Source: a virus
Taxonomy: Duplodnaviria > Heunggongvirae > Uroviricota > Caudoviricetes
Virus record (IMG/VR): IMGVR_UViG_2579778989_000010
DNA: 14,491 nt
Reading direction: 5' to 3' (one strand)
The notes under the pieces are model-generated. The model saw only the letters and a program-made list of their open reading frames with translations. It made no database searches and was not told the origin of the DNA. How positions within the stretch are numbered: the stretch's first letter is position 1; the number at the start of each line of letters is the position of its first letter. A program made the translations under genes and the position numbers. Of the stretch, positions 1 to 6,956 are shown piece after piece.

Positions 1-738
1 TCATTCACTCTCTTTCAAACCAGTTTTAACTGTTTGTGGTTTTGGGTAAGGCTGGACTTTGAATAGCTTTGTGTTAAGGCGTTTTCTGGCTCTCTTGTCC
101 AGAAACCGGATGTAACGAAACTGACGGAATTTATGAACACTGGCTCTGTCGATATTAGCCCGCAGATGTTCACCTCGCTGTCCTCCTCGTTTGATTGCAT
201 TCTTGCAAATCTCGTGATACCACTCGCCATCAAGTTCATAGAATGTTGTTTCATGACTGCCTACATAATCAAAATTGCTTGCCTGGTACACGACACCAAG
301 ACAGCCACAACGCTCATCTGCAAACGACTGAACCCACTGCACCTGCGGATAAAGTTGTCTGATTAGTTTGAGCGCGTAACTGATTGCCCTTGATTCGGAG
401 TTTCTCGGCATACAGTCATGCAGCCATAACCGGTTAAGCTCCATATATTCGCGGTTCTGCGTGCCAGTTACGACGCGTGCACCATTGTTTGGATTAAGGG
501 CATAACCCCATTGCATTACGCCAACCAGCTCCCGTTCTGAAAATATGCCCAGATGAAGGTAGGAATTATTTACGAAACGATGGCTGTAATGTTTATTGAC
601 GACGACCAGCCGGGCCAGCCAGCAACTTATTGTCTCAACCCGTAACTCACGGGAGCCATAACCGACGATATTGTCGTTATAGTGAATAAGTTCAGGCGTG
701 CTGATGATACGGGATGTAACTTGCTTTCTGTTCCCCAC
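1..738 (-). CDS. mom: Mom-like DNA modification protein; start uncertain (GTG at 738-736 is one candidate, ORF frame is open up to 933)
   Basis: Long ORF in the other frame overlapping the 3' end of a clear com homologue, as in Mu com-mom; the ~230-245 aa portion downstream of the com stop fits Mom size. Identification is by context rather than recognised Mom motifs. Confidence 0.55.
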   Translation of the reverse strand: MGNRKQVTSRIISTPELIHYNDNIVGYGSRELRVETISCWLARLVVVNKHYSHRFVNNSYLHLGIFSERELVGVMQWGYALNPNNGARVVTGTQNREYMELNRLWLHDCMPRNSESRAISYALKLIRQLYPQVQWVQSFADERCGCLGVVYQASNFDYVGSHETTFYELDGEWYHEICKNAIKRGGQRGEHLRANIDRASVHKFRQFRYIRFLDKRARKRLNTKLFKVQPYPKPQTVKTGLKESE

Positions 739-892
739 GACAGGATTTCCTTGTGTATGTGGGGTGCTCTGTGGCGCTCTGAGATGTGATTTGATTGAGG
801 GTTTTACAGCGCGGACATTTAACTTCCAGATAACTGAAGCTGGCTCGTGCCAGTAGCTTGTTACAATGTCGGCACCGTATGTTTCGATACAT
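692..892 (-). CDS. com: Com zinc-finger translational activator of mom
   Basis: Translation [35 protein letters not shown] has the CxxC...CxxC finger and close similarity to Mu Com (IRCKNCNKLL...EIRCPRCK); GGAGG Shine-Dalgarno about 8-10 nt upstream of the ATG at 892; the ORF track's longer form from 937 lacks an RBS. Confidence 0.75.
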   Translation of the reverse strand: MYRNIRCRHCNKLLARASFSYLEVKCPRCKTLNQITSQSATEHPTYTRKSCRGEQKASYIPYHQHA

Positions 893-937
893 GGCCGCAT
901 AACCTCCTGCTTTGTTGTTGATATCTTTATCACTCAA

Positions 938-1030
938 TCGATCGACAAAAACGATCGATTTGATTTATTTAATTGATACAACAAATAACACGAAATGTCA
1001 TTAGCGAAAATTTATGAGTTTGATCACTAA
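938..1030. promoter_or_regulatory. AT-rich region upstream of com with three GATC (Dam) sites, two inside a repeated ATCGATCG palindrome; candidate mom/com regulatory region
   Basis: GATC at 940-943, 953-956 and 1022-1025; in Mu, Dam methylation of GATC sites upstream of mom controls repressor binding. No confident -35/-10 pair found. Confidence 0.3.
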
Positions 1031-1148
1031 TTTTAAACGGTGCTGTAACGCATAAGTGCTGAATGATTGTACATTTGAATACCGCAAAGCAAACAAATCA
1101 ACTAATTTATAGAAGTCAATTGGTTAATTGCCAGCGTAAGAGGCTGCT

Positions 1149-1442
1149 ATGGACAATCATGTAACGACGAGAAATCGAAAAATGATTGAAAATGCGGAAA
1201 TCTATAATGATTATTTTTCCGATTATTCAGATGCCTGCAAATACAGTTCGAGTGCGGGAGAGTTCATATGCTTCAACTTTTTTATTAAATCTTATGTTTT
1301 TCCTCCACTGCAAGAAGATGGAGGTGTGCCACCTCCTGAAATCACTTTGCACCGTATAGCCTCCGTCTCAATGATGGAGCAACAGGCTAATGAGCTGTAT
1401 AGCATTCTGGGAACGATTCTACAAAAGCGTGAATCGGACTAA
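1149..1442 (+). CDS. hypothetical protein (97 aa), AT-rich, divergent from com
   Basis: ATG preceded by AAGAGG Shine-Dalgarno about 6 nt upstream; followed by two hairpins; no recognisable domain. Confidence 0.5.
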   Translation: MDNHVTTRNRKMIENAEIYNDYFSDYSDACKYSSSAGEFICFNFFIKSYVFPPLQEDGGVPPPEITLHRIASVSMMEQQANELYSILGTILQKRESD

Positions 1443-1523
1443 TGATACCGGTTCATTTGCCTGCCCGGATGGGGAAGCAGGATTGACTGCTCCATAAGCA
1501 GCTATATTTCTGAATACGAAATA

Positions 1524-1552
1524 CTATCCAGCGATTACATATGGCTGGATAG
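1524..1552. repeat. perfect 9-bp inverted repeat CTATCCAGC-(11 nt)-GCTGGATAG
   Basis: Read directly from sequence; lies between convergent genes; could be an RNA hairpin or a protein-binding palindrome. Confidence 0.5.
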
Positions 1553-1577
1553 CGGCAAAGATGTTTTCATTAGTGTC

Positions 1578-1610
1578 AAACCGGCAGAGGACACCACCGG
1601 TTTGTATTGT
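1578..1610 (+). terminator. hairpin AAACCGG-(12 nt)-CCGGTTT followed by GTATTGT; weak candidate terminator between convergent genes
   Basis: 7-bp stem with a partly T-rich 3' flank on the plus strand; lies 3' of both 1149..1442(+) and 1610..1864(-). Confidence 0.3.
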
Positions 1611-1864
1611 TACATCATGGTACTGTCAGTTCCGGGCTGAGCCGGGTCTGGTTGCTCTGGCTGCGCGTCGGTTTTCGGCTCATTATCAGCATCACTGGCC
1701 GCAACTGCTGGCCCAATAAGTTTTGCCAGCACTTCATCAACGTAAGTGTCGATTTGTGCCTCAAAATCCTTGCGGACCTGCGCTTTCAGCAACTTATTTA
1801 CTTCACCGGAATACAGTGCCTGTTTTACCAGGTCTTCAGTGACGGTGCCTTTAATTTCTGGCAT
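1610..1864 (-). CDS. hypothetical small acidic protein (84 aa)
   Basis: ATG preceded by strong AAGGAGG Shine-Dalgarno; C-terminal half is Asp/Glu/Pro/Gln-rich; no recognisable domain. Confidence 0.55.
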   Translation of the reverse strand: MPEIKGTVTEDLVKQALYSGEVNKLLKAQVRKDFEAQIDTYVDEVLAKLIGPAVAASDADNEPKTDAQPEQPDPAQPGTDSTMM

Positions 1865-1899
1865 GTATATCCTCCTTATGCGGGAATAAAGCCCTGCAA

Positions 1900-2082
1900 T
1901 CAGGGCTGGGTCGGGTCTTTTGGGAGCGGAGTTACCTGCGCTGTTTTACTGAGTTTTTCAGCTGCTGCGTCCTCAATTTTGCGGCGAACATAATTTCTGA
2001 TGGCCTTATAACCACCACTCACCAGATATAACGCACATACTGCCGTGCAGAAATACAATAAAATAAGCTGTAAAAATGTCAT
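1900..2082 (-). CDS. small membrane protein (60 aa): one N-terminal hydrophobic helix and a charged C-terminal tail
   Basis: ATG at 2082 preceded by GGGAGG Shine-Dalgarno about 5 nt upstream (the ORF track's start at 2094 has no RBS); MTFLQLILLYFCTAVCALYLVSGGY is a predicted transmembrane segment. Confidence 0.45.
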   Translation of the reverse strand: MTFLQLILLYFCTAVCALYLVSGGYKAIRNYVRRKIEDAAAEKLSKTAQVTPLPKDPTQP

Positions 2083-2178
2083 TATCCCTCCCAATTATTG
2101 ACATGGTGTTGACACCGGTAATATCTGTTAGGTAAAAAGGTGCACTGCATTTTTTGCTTTGGATATAACGATCTTTTT

Positions 2179-2220
2179 GCCGCCGGTTTCTTGTTTTCCC
2201 TTACCGGCGGCATTTTTTTA
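2179..2220 (+). terminator. intrinsic terminator, plus-strand specific: GCCGCCGGT-(15 nt)-ACCGGCGGC followed by ATTTTTTTA
   Basis: 9-bp GC-rich stem plus a 7-T run on the plus strand; the minus-strand RNA has A's 3' of the stem, so it should not terminate the esterase transcript. Confidence 0.5.
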
Positions 2221-2226
2221 TCCTGC

Positions 2227-4281
2227 TTACGCGTTATTCACTTCCACCACGATACTGTCAATCAGTACCGGGTAAGTCGCATTTTTAGTGATATCGGTCA
2301 CGCGCAACTTGTCTGCCGTAAACGTGCCGACCGGAGACTGCGACAGCATGAATGGTGTCCCGTCCTTACCATCAATGACCGGCGTCACCTCAATACTGTT
2401 GTTACCGGCAAAACGGAAGCCCAGCGTATGCCATTCGTTATTAAATGCGCCGAATGACCCCAGCTTCGTGTTCTGCGCCGTGTTTCCTTTGTGATACATC
2501 ACGTTAAGGTCTGTGGCATCGCTCTGTACGTAGAACGATGCCAGCAGGTTATGACCGGCATTTCCTTCCAGAGTAACCCCTTGCGGCAGGGCAGAAACCG
2601 GCCAGTACAGCGCCAGTGCGTACTGATTAGCCGTAAGCGCGCCATCGAGTTTAAAACGACAACTGACAAGACCACCTTTACCCAGCAGGTCCGCACCATT
2701 ACCAGCATCATGCTCAAGGTACCAGGGGGCTCTTCCTGTTTCCTTGGTCAGTTTCATTGCCTTACCCCCGCTGGCTCCGGCATCATCCACGATTTGAGCC
2801 TTGCCACCTCCGGCAGCCCAACCCTGTGGTGTCAACCGTCCTTCAGACTCAGATGCCCGGTAAGCAAATAGCGTACTCATCGTCGTGGTGTCTGCGGGTG
2901 GCGTGGACGGTTTTGATGGTGTATCAGGTGACGGCTTCTCATCCGGTGGTGTCACGGTCTGCCCGCGCATCAGTTCAGCCGTGCGCCCTGCATGGAGCAT
3001 AATAGCTGAGGCCAGACGGTCTGAAATGACGCCCCTGCGTGCCCATGAGCTGAAATGGCTGTCACGCTGTGTCGAAACAAAACTGCCCTGGGTTCGGGAT
3101 GCTGCACCGTAATACCCGACAGCCACAATATCCGGGTCTTCCGCCGGAGCATTCGTTGGCGTGCTCTGTCCATTCTCATCCGTCAGGAACGGTACAAAGA
3201 AAATTTTCTGTGCTTCCTTGCCTTTGTAGCCACCGTATACTGCCTCATATTTATCGGTGCCAGCGTTTTTCCAGTAATACGTGGTATCACCGCAAATCCA
3301 CGGCACCGTGGTGGCATTTCCACTCACGCACTGCGCAGCAAGCGGAGCCAGGTCAGTTCTGAACTGCTGAACCATGGCCGTGAATAAACTATTATGCTGC
3401 TGGCTTCCTGAGGCAAGGTCTGCCTCTCCCTGCATCCAGACCACAGCCAGAAGTTTGTTTTTCGGGTTTTTCGCCAGCGCGACTTTGGTGCGGCTTACCA
3501 GGTCCTGATACAGAGGTTTACCGGCCCCCCAGCGTGAAGAATCAGCGGAAGCACCGCTGGCCTCACTGAATGAGCCGTCGGCTCCAGTGGTGAATGCTGA
3601 CCCGCCACGACAACAGGGCACCAGAAGTATCCCGGCATTCTGTGGGATATAGGGAAGCAGTTTTTTGGCAATATGCAACCCCTGACCGACAGTCCCGTAC
3701 TGGCCTTTTGCCAGATCAGCTTTCGGGTGGTTTATCCCGCTCATATCCTGAACATCATGCAGGCAGTGGTCTGCCGGAATGATGTCGTTGTATGTACACG
3801 ACGTACCGTTGGGCGTTACCGTACTGCGGCGTGCCAGTTGCTTAATGCGTGGGTCCGGGCGGTCAAACGAATCCGGTAACGGCAGCCCCTCGCCGTAGGC
3901 CATGCCATTTGACTGACCCGCGAGAATGACAACAAAGTAATATTCCGGCTCTGAACTGCTGCCATTCGTGCTACCGGAAGGCCCGGCGTTATCCGGTGCA
4001 TTCCAGTCGGAGGGCGTGAGCGTTCCGGCCACGTCAGATGTGATTGGAATGATGCCAGTCACGCCTGAACTGGTGATTTCTGCACTGGGATTACCGGATA
4101 CCGGCATTACCCATAATGGCTCTTTCGTGCTGAAGCGGATCACGCAGTCTGCGAAGGTGATCCCCCCTTTATTACCCGAAGGGCGGAAAGGGCTTTCAAT
4201 AAATGCCACCGTGCCACCGGCAACCTTGACTGAAAACTCTCCGGGCATGGCGGAGAGCATTTTCCACTTGGAGTCTGACAT
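2227..4281 (-). CDS. SASA/SGNH-family esterase (sialate O-acetylesterase-like; architecture resembles prophage NanS-p), 684 aa
   Basis: SGNH/SASA-like motifs in order: ILAGQSNGMAYG (block I GQSN), VWMQGEAD, RDSHFSSW (candidate DxxH block); N-terminal ~100 aa and C-terminal ~250 aa extra domains; Shine-Dalgarno is weak. Confidence 0.65.
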   Translation of the reverse strand: MSDSKWKMLSAMPGEFSVKVAGGTVAFIESPFRPSGNKGGITFADCVIRFSTKEPLWVMPVSGNPSAEITSSGVTGIIPITSDVAGTLTPSDWNAPDNAGPSGSTNGSSSEPEYYFVVILAGQSNGMAYGEGLPLPDSFDRPDPRIKQLARRSTVTPNGTSCTYNDIIPADHCLHDVQDMSGINHPKADLAKGQYGTVGQGLHIAKKLLPYIPQNAGILLVPCCRGGSAFTTGADGSFSEASGASADSSRWGAGKPLYQDLVSRTKVALAKNPKNKLLAVVWMQGEADLASGSQQHNSLFTAMVQQFRTDLAPLAAQCVSGNATTVPWICGDTTYYWKNAGTDKYEAVYGGYKGKEAQKIFFVPFLTDENGQSTPTNAPAEDPDIVAVGYYGAASRTQGSFVSTQRDSHFSSWARRGVISDRLASAIMLHAGRTAELMRGQTVTPPDEKPSPDTPSKPSTPPADTTTMSTLFAYRASESEGRLTPQGWAAGGGKAQIVDDAGASGGKAMKLTKETGRAPWYLEHDAGNGADLLGKGGLVSCRFKLDGALTANQYALALYWPVSALPQGVTLEGNAGHNLLASFYVQSDATDLNVMYHKGNTAQNTKLGSFGAFNNEWHTLGFRFAGNNSIEVTPVIDGKDGTPFMLSQSPVGTFTADKLRVTDITKNATYPVLIDSIVVEVNNA

Positions 4282-4366
4282 CGTCTTTTCTGCCTGTTTC
4301 TGAATTAAACAGAGTCAGAATAGCGACCGCTGAAAAATATGTGTTTTGCGGAAATTCAAAAAAGCG

Positions 4367-4939
4367 TCACGGTACTTTTGGTGACGGAGCTGGTGAGGCA
4401 GGAAAATAACGATAAAGGGTGGAAAGGCCAATATCAAATATCAGTGCGATTTGTTTACGGGACTCGCCATTAGCCAGCAAACGGGCGATTTGCTCCCGCT
4501 CTTTCTCTGTCAGTTTCTGAGGTCTGCCGCCATGACGCCCCTGAGCACGGGCAGCAGCAAGACCCGCGCGTGTACGTTCAATAATGAGTTCCCGCTCCAT
4601 TTCCGCCAGCGCGCCCATTATATGGAAAAAGAAACGTCCCATGGGAGTGGATGTATCAATATTGTCCGTAATGCTGCGGAAGTTAACGCCGCGTTGCCGG
4701 AGTTCTTCTGTTAAAAGGACAAGGTGCTGCATACTGCGTCCAAGGCGATCCAGTTTCCAGACCAGCAGGGTATCCCCTGGCCGGAGTCGCTTTAATGCGC
4801 GTTTAAGTCCGGGACGCTCCCTTGTCTTACCGCTTATTCTGTCTTCGAAAAACAGCTCACATCCTGCACATTCCAGCGCATTTCTTTGTAGCGCCGTATT
4901 CTGGTCATTTGTTGACACCCTGATATACCCAATCAGCAT
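4367..4939 (-). CDS. gin: Gin/Pin-family serine DNA invertase
   Basis: MLIGYIRVSTNDQNTALQRNAL...VWKLDRLGRSM...MGRFFFHIMGALAEMERELIIERT is near-identical in pattern to Mu Gin / e14 Pin (catalytic Ser in RVST); AAGGAA Shine-Dalgarno and a TATAAT-like hexamer upstream. Confidence 0.9.
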   Translation of the reverse strand: MLIGYIRVSTNDQNTALQRNALECAGCELFFEDRISGKTRERPGLKRALKRLRPGDTLLVWKLDRLGRSMQHLVLLTEELRQRGVNFRSITDNIDTSTPMGRFFFHIMGALAEMERELIIERTRAGLAAARAQGRHGGRPQKLTEKEREQIARLLANGESRKQIALIFDIGLSTLYRYFPASPAPSPKVP

Positions 4940-5004
4940 ACGATTTCCTTATTATAAAAAGCCGGAATTGTCGCATGAGGAATAAAACAGAGTTAATCCT
5001 GGCT

Positions 5005-5030
5005 TTCCTGAAAACCTCGGTTTACGGGAA
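5005..5030. other. gix-like recombination (crossover) site for Gin
   Basis: TTCCTGAAAACCTCGGTTTACGGGAA is an imperfect palindrome whose AAAACCTCGGTTTAC core matches the Mu gix/hix core as I recall it; sits between gin and the S' segment as in Mu. Confidence 0.6.
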
Positions 5031-5378
5031 ACGGTAAACAGGGCGGCGAATGCTCTGCCATCGGACGGCACCGCCGTTGCCGCGAATAGACTCGCCACCC
5101 CAAGAAATATTAATGGGGTTCCCTTTGACGGGACGCAGGACATAAACATCACTTCTGGTATAACACAGCAGGATGCGGATTCCCGATATATCCAGGATAT
5201 CAGGCTGGGAGCAGAGAACAGGCAGGTAATGTACGGTGGGGCATATTACTCTGCGTACGGTAATGTTATGGCAGGCCTGCAGATTGACAGTAAAGTTGAT
5301 GCTTCAAACGATTTTATAGCATTCAGACCCCTGCAAAAATTAGTCGGAGGTACATGGATTACGGTATCTCAGTTATAA
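5031..5378 (+). CDS. tail-fibre variable C-terminal segment (S'-like), start-less; expressible only when fused to a constant S part by inversion
   Basis: Frame is open from just upstream of gix to TAA at 5376-5378 with no upstream start; translation ...AANALPSDGTAVAANRLATPRNINGVPFDGTQDINITSG... resembles tail-fibre repeat regions; followed by a tail-fibre assembly gene. Confidence 0.5.
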   Translation, partial: TVNRAANALPSDGTAVAANRLATPRNINGVPFDGTQDINITSGITQQDADSRYIQDIRLGAENRQVMYGGAYYSAYGNVMAGLQIDSKVDASNDFIAFRPLQKLVGGTWITVSQL

Positions 5379-5429
5379 ATAGTCAGTAAATAATATATTT
5401 TAAAACAGATTTATTTCCAGGAGGATTTT

Positions 5430-5951
5430 ATGGAACTAAAAAATATAACCCGTTATTATCCTGAAAATATGCCATATGGTAATAATGTTCAGTATTTCCA
5501 GAGTGAAGATGGTAAGGATTTCTACGAATCCCTGCCATTATTCACCAAAAAATATAAACTTTGCATAACACCTGACAGCGGCGTTATCTGCTCAATATCA
5601 CAGGACGCCTCGGCGCTGTATCCTGCGGGGTTTTCTGTGGTTGAGGTCGATGAACTCCCTGAAGGCACGGATATTTCAGGAAACTGGAAGTTTGATAATG
5701 GCATAATCTCCCGTATTCCGGTTAACTACGCAAGAAAACTGGAAGCAATGCGCCAGTCATATCTTAATCAGGCATATGAAAAAATTAATGACTGGAGAAC
5801 GGAGCTACAACTGGGCACCATCAGCGATGAAGACAGAGCAGCACTTACCCAATGGATGGCATACATCAGTCAGGTGAAGAAAATGGAACTACCCGCCATT
5901 AAAACAGAAGCTGAATTTAACGCCATTAAATGGCCTGAGCAGCCACAGTAA
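5430..5951 (+). CDS. tail fibre assembly protein (U'/Tfa family)
   Basis: AGGAGG Shine-Dalgarno; 173 aa; LGTISDEDRAALTQWMAYISQVKKM... ending WPEQPQ resembles Mu U/U' and other tail fibre assembly proteins. Confidence 0.8.
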   Translation: MELKNITRYYPENMPYGNNVQYFQSEDGKDFYESLPLFTKKYKLCITPDSGVICSISQDASALYPAGFSVVEVDELPEGTDISGNWKFDNGIISRIPVNYARKLEAMRQSYLNQAYEKINDWRTELQLGTISDEDRAALTQWMAYISQVKKMELPAIKTEAEFNAIKWPEQPQ

Positions 5952-5955
5952 TAAA

Positions 5956-5973
5956 GAAGGCCGGAAGGCCTTC
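5956..5973. terminator. short hairpin GAAGGCC-GGAA-GGCCTTC immediately 3' of U'
   Basis: 7-bp stem read from sequence; no strong T-tract, so terminator function is uncertain. Confidence 0.3.
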
Positions 5974-5982
5974 TGAATATCA

Positions 5983-6231
5983 TTATATACTTGCAGCCGT
6001 CACCCATGCTTCATTTAACAGATACTGCAACGGCCGGTAATACACGCCGCCGACGTTATCTGCCGTATTCTTACCGACATCCTGTACTTTAATTCCGGTA
6101 AGAACATTGCCGCCCCCCAGATTCAGATCCCAGCTTTCCCATGTTCCGGGCATATGTGCGGTCACCGACCCCAGTCTTATGGCGGTTAATGGCGTTTTCC
6201 CCGCCATCAGCGATAAAGCCCTGCCGGTGCA
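5983..6231 (-). pseudogene. start-less open frame of unknown origin, possibly a C-terminal remnant of a late (tail-fibre-related) gene left at the deletion junction
   Basis: Frame open for 82 codons from a stop at 6232-6234 with no upstream partner; overlaps the gemA-like ORF's 3' end in another frame; Gly/Asn/Val-rich like fibre C-termini. Weak. Confidence 0.25.
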
Positions 6232-6481
6232 TCACTTTCCAGATGGCGCGAATTTTGGCGGTCACCGTCCCCGGTTTTAAGGCCCGGTTAACCGGCTTCT
6301 GACGCACTTTAAAACCGCGTTTTTTGAAAACATCCAGCACGCGGGATAACTCATCCGGTGACATATCCCGGCAACTGGGTTTGCCGGTGGCTGCCAGTAG
6401 TACGGATGTGTAGGTCTCATGGTCAAGCTGTAGATCGCGTTTTGCGACATGTATTAAGGTAATCAGGGAAGCGCGATTCAT
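6089..6481 (-). CDS. gemA: GemA/gp16-like early protein (DUF1018-like); C-terminus probably altered by the deletion junction
   Basis: MNRASLITLIHVAKRDLQLD...GKPSCRDMS...KIRAIWKVMHRQGFIADGGENAIN matches the Mu-like gp16 pattern as I recall it; the last ~25 residues lose the expected pattern; GGAGA Shine-Dalgarno. Confidence 0.5.
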   Translation of the reverse strand: MNRASLITLIHVAKRDLQLDHETYTSVLLAATGKPSCRDMSPDELSRVLDVFKKRGFKVRQKPVNRALKPGTVTAKIRAIWKVMHRQGFIADGGENAINRHKTGVGDRTYARNMGKLGSESGGRQCSYRN

Positions 6482-6545
6482 TATCGTGTCTCCGTAACAA
6501 CAGGCGGCATGGCAACGCCGCCCGGATAAAACTAAAGGTATCGAT

Positions 6546-6956
6546 ATGAAAATAGATTACGATGAAGTATTAAGTATTCTCACAACTTTTCAGGATGCTG
6601 AAACACCTTTCCTTACACTACAGGATCTGGGCATGGCTGAGGCAGAAGGAGAGGAAAAGGATAAAAAAGTTTTTCATCTTATGCTTCTCGCTGATAATGG
6701 CTCAATTGTTAATGGTGATATGCAGTCAGAAACACCCAAATATATTGGTTTCTTTTTCCATTCTCTGGGCGTTGGTTTCAGAAACACGCCCATTATGCTT
6801 ACCCAGCAGGGGCATGATTTAGCTAACGCCCTGAGAAAAAAACCAATCCTTGAAAGAATCAAAAAGGAGTTTACAGACGCACCATTTGATCTAATTAAAG
6901 AAGTTACCAAATCAATGTTAACCAGGTTCGTCAAAGAACGTATTGGGATTGACTGA
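6546..6956 (+). CDS. hypothetical protein (136 aa), AT-rich, opposite strand to the early operon
   Basis: ATG with AAAGG Shine-Dalgarno; visibly more AT-rich than flanking genes; divergent from the gemA-like gene; 3' end overlaps the convergent gene 6918..7226 by 39 bp. Confidence 0.5.
   Translation: MKIDYDEVLSILTTFQDAETPFLTLQDLGMAEAEGEEKDKKVFHLMLLADNGSIVNGDMQSETPKYIGFFFHSLGVGFRNTPIMLTQQGHDLANALRKKPILERIKKEFTDAPFDLIKEVTKSMLTRFVKERIGID

Noticed and set aside
15-366. ORFs 15..254(-) and 133..366(+) inside mom
   Set aside because: Antisense or alternate-frame to a gene supported by context; no RBS.
1-933. 310-aa form of the mom ORF starting at 933
   Set aside because: It would begin upstream of the com start and span all of com; the Mom-like product most likely starts inside com.
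692-937. 81-aa form of com starting at 937
   Set aside because: No RBS; the internal ATG at 892 has a GGAGG Shine-Dalgarno and gives a Com-sized product.
1607-1993. 128-aa plus-strand ORF
   Set aside because: Antisense to two minus-strand genes that have strong Shine-Dalgarno sequences; its own start lacks one.
2140-4303. Many plus-strand and alternate-frame ORFs inside the esterase gene
   Set aside because: All are embedded in or antisense to the 684-aa ORF with SASA motifs; typical GC-rich antisense open frames.
4951-4956. TATAAT hexamer upstream of gin as a defined promoter feature
   Set aside because: The -10 is a perfect match but no convincing -35 is present, so it is mentioned only as supporting context for gin.
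4451-5152. ORFs 4451..4714(+), 4584..4985(+) and 4952..5152(-)
   Set aside because: Antisense to gin or to the gix/S' segment; no supporting signals.
5522-5704. 60-aa minus-strand ORF inside U'
   Set aside because: Antisense to a well-supported tail fibre assembly gene.
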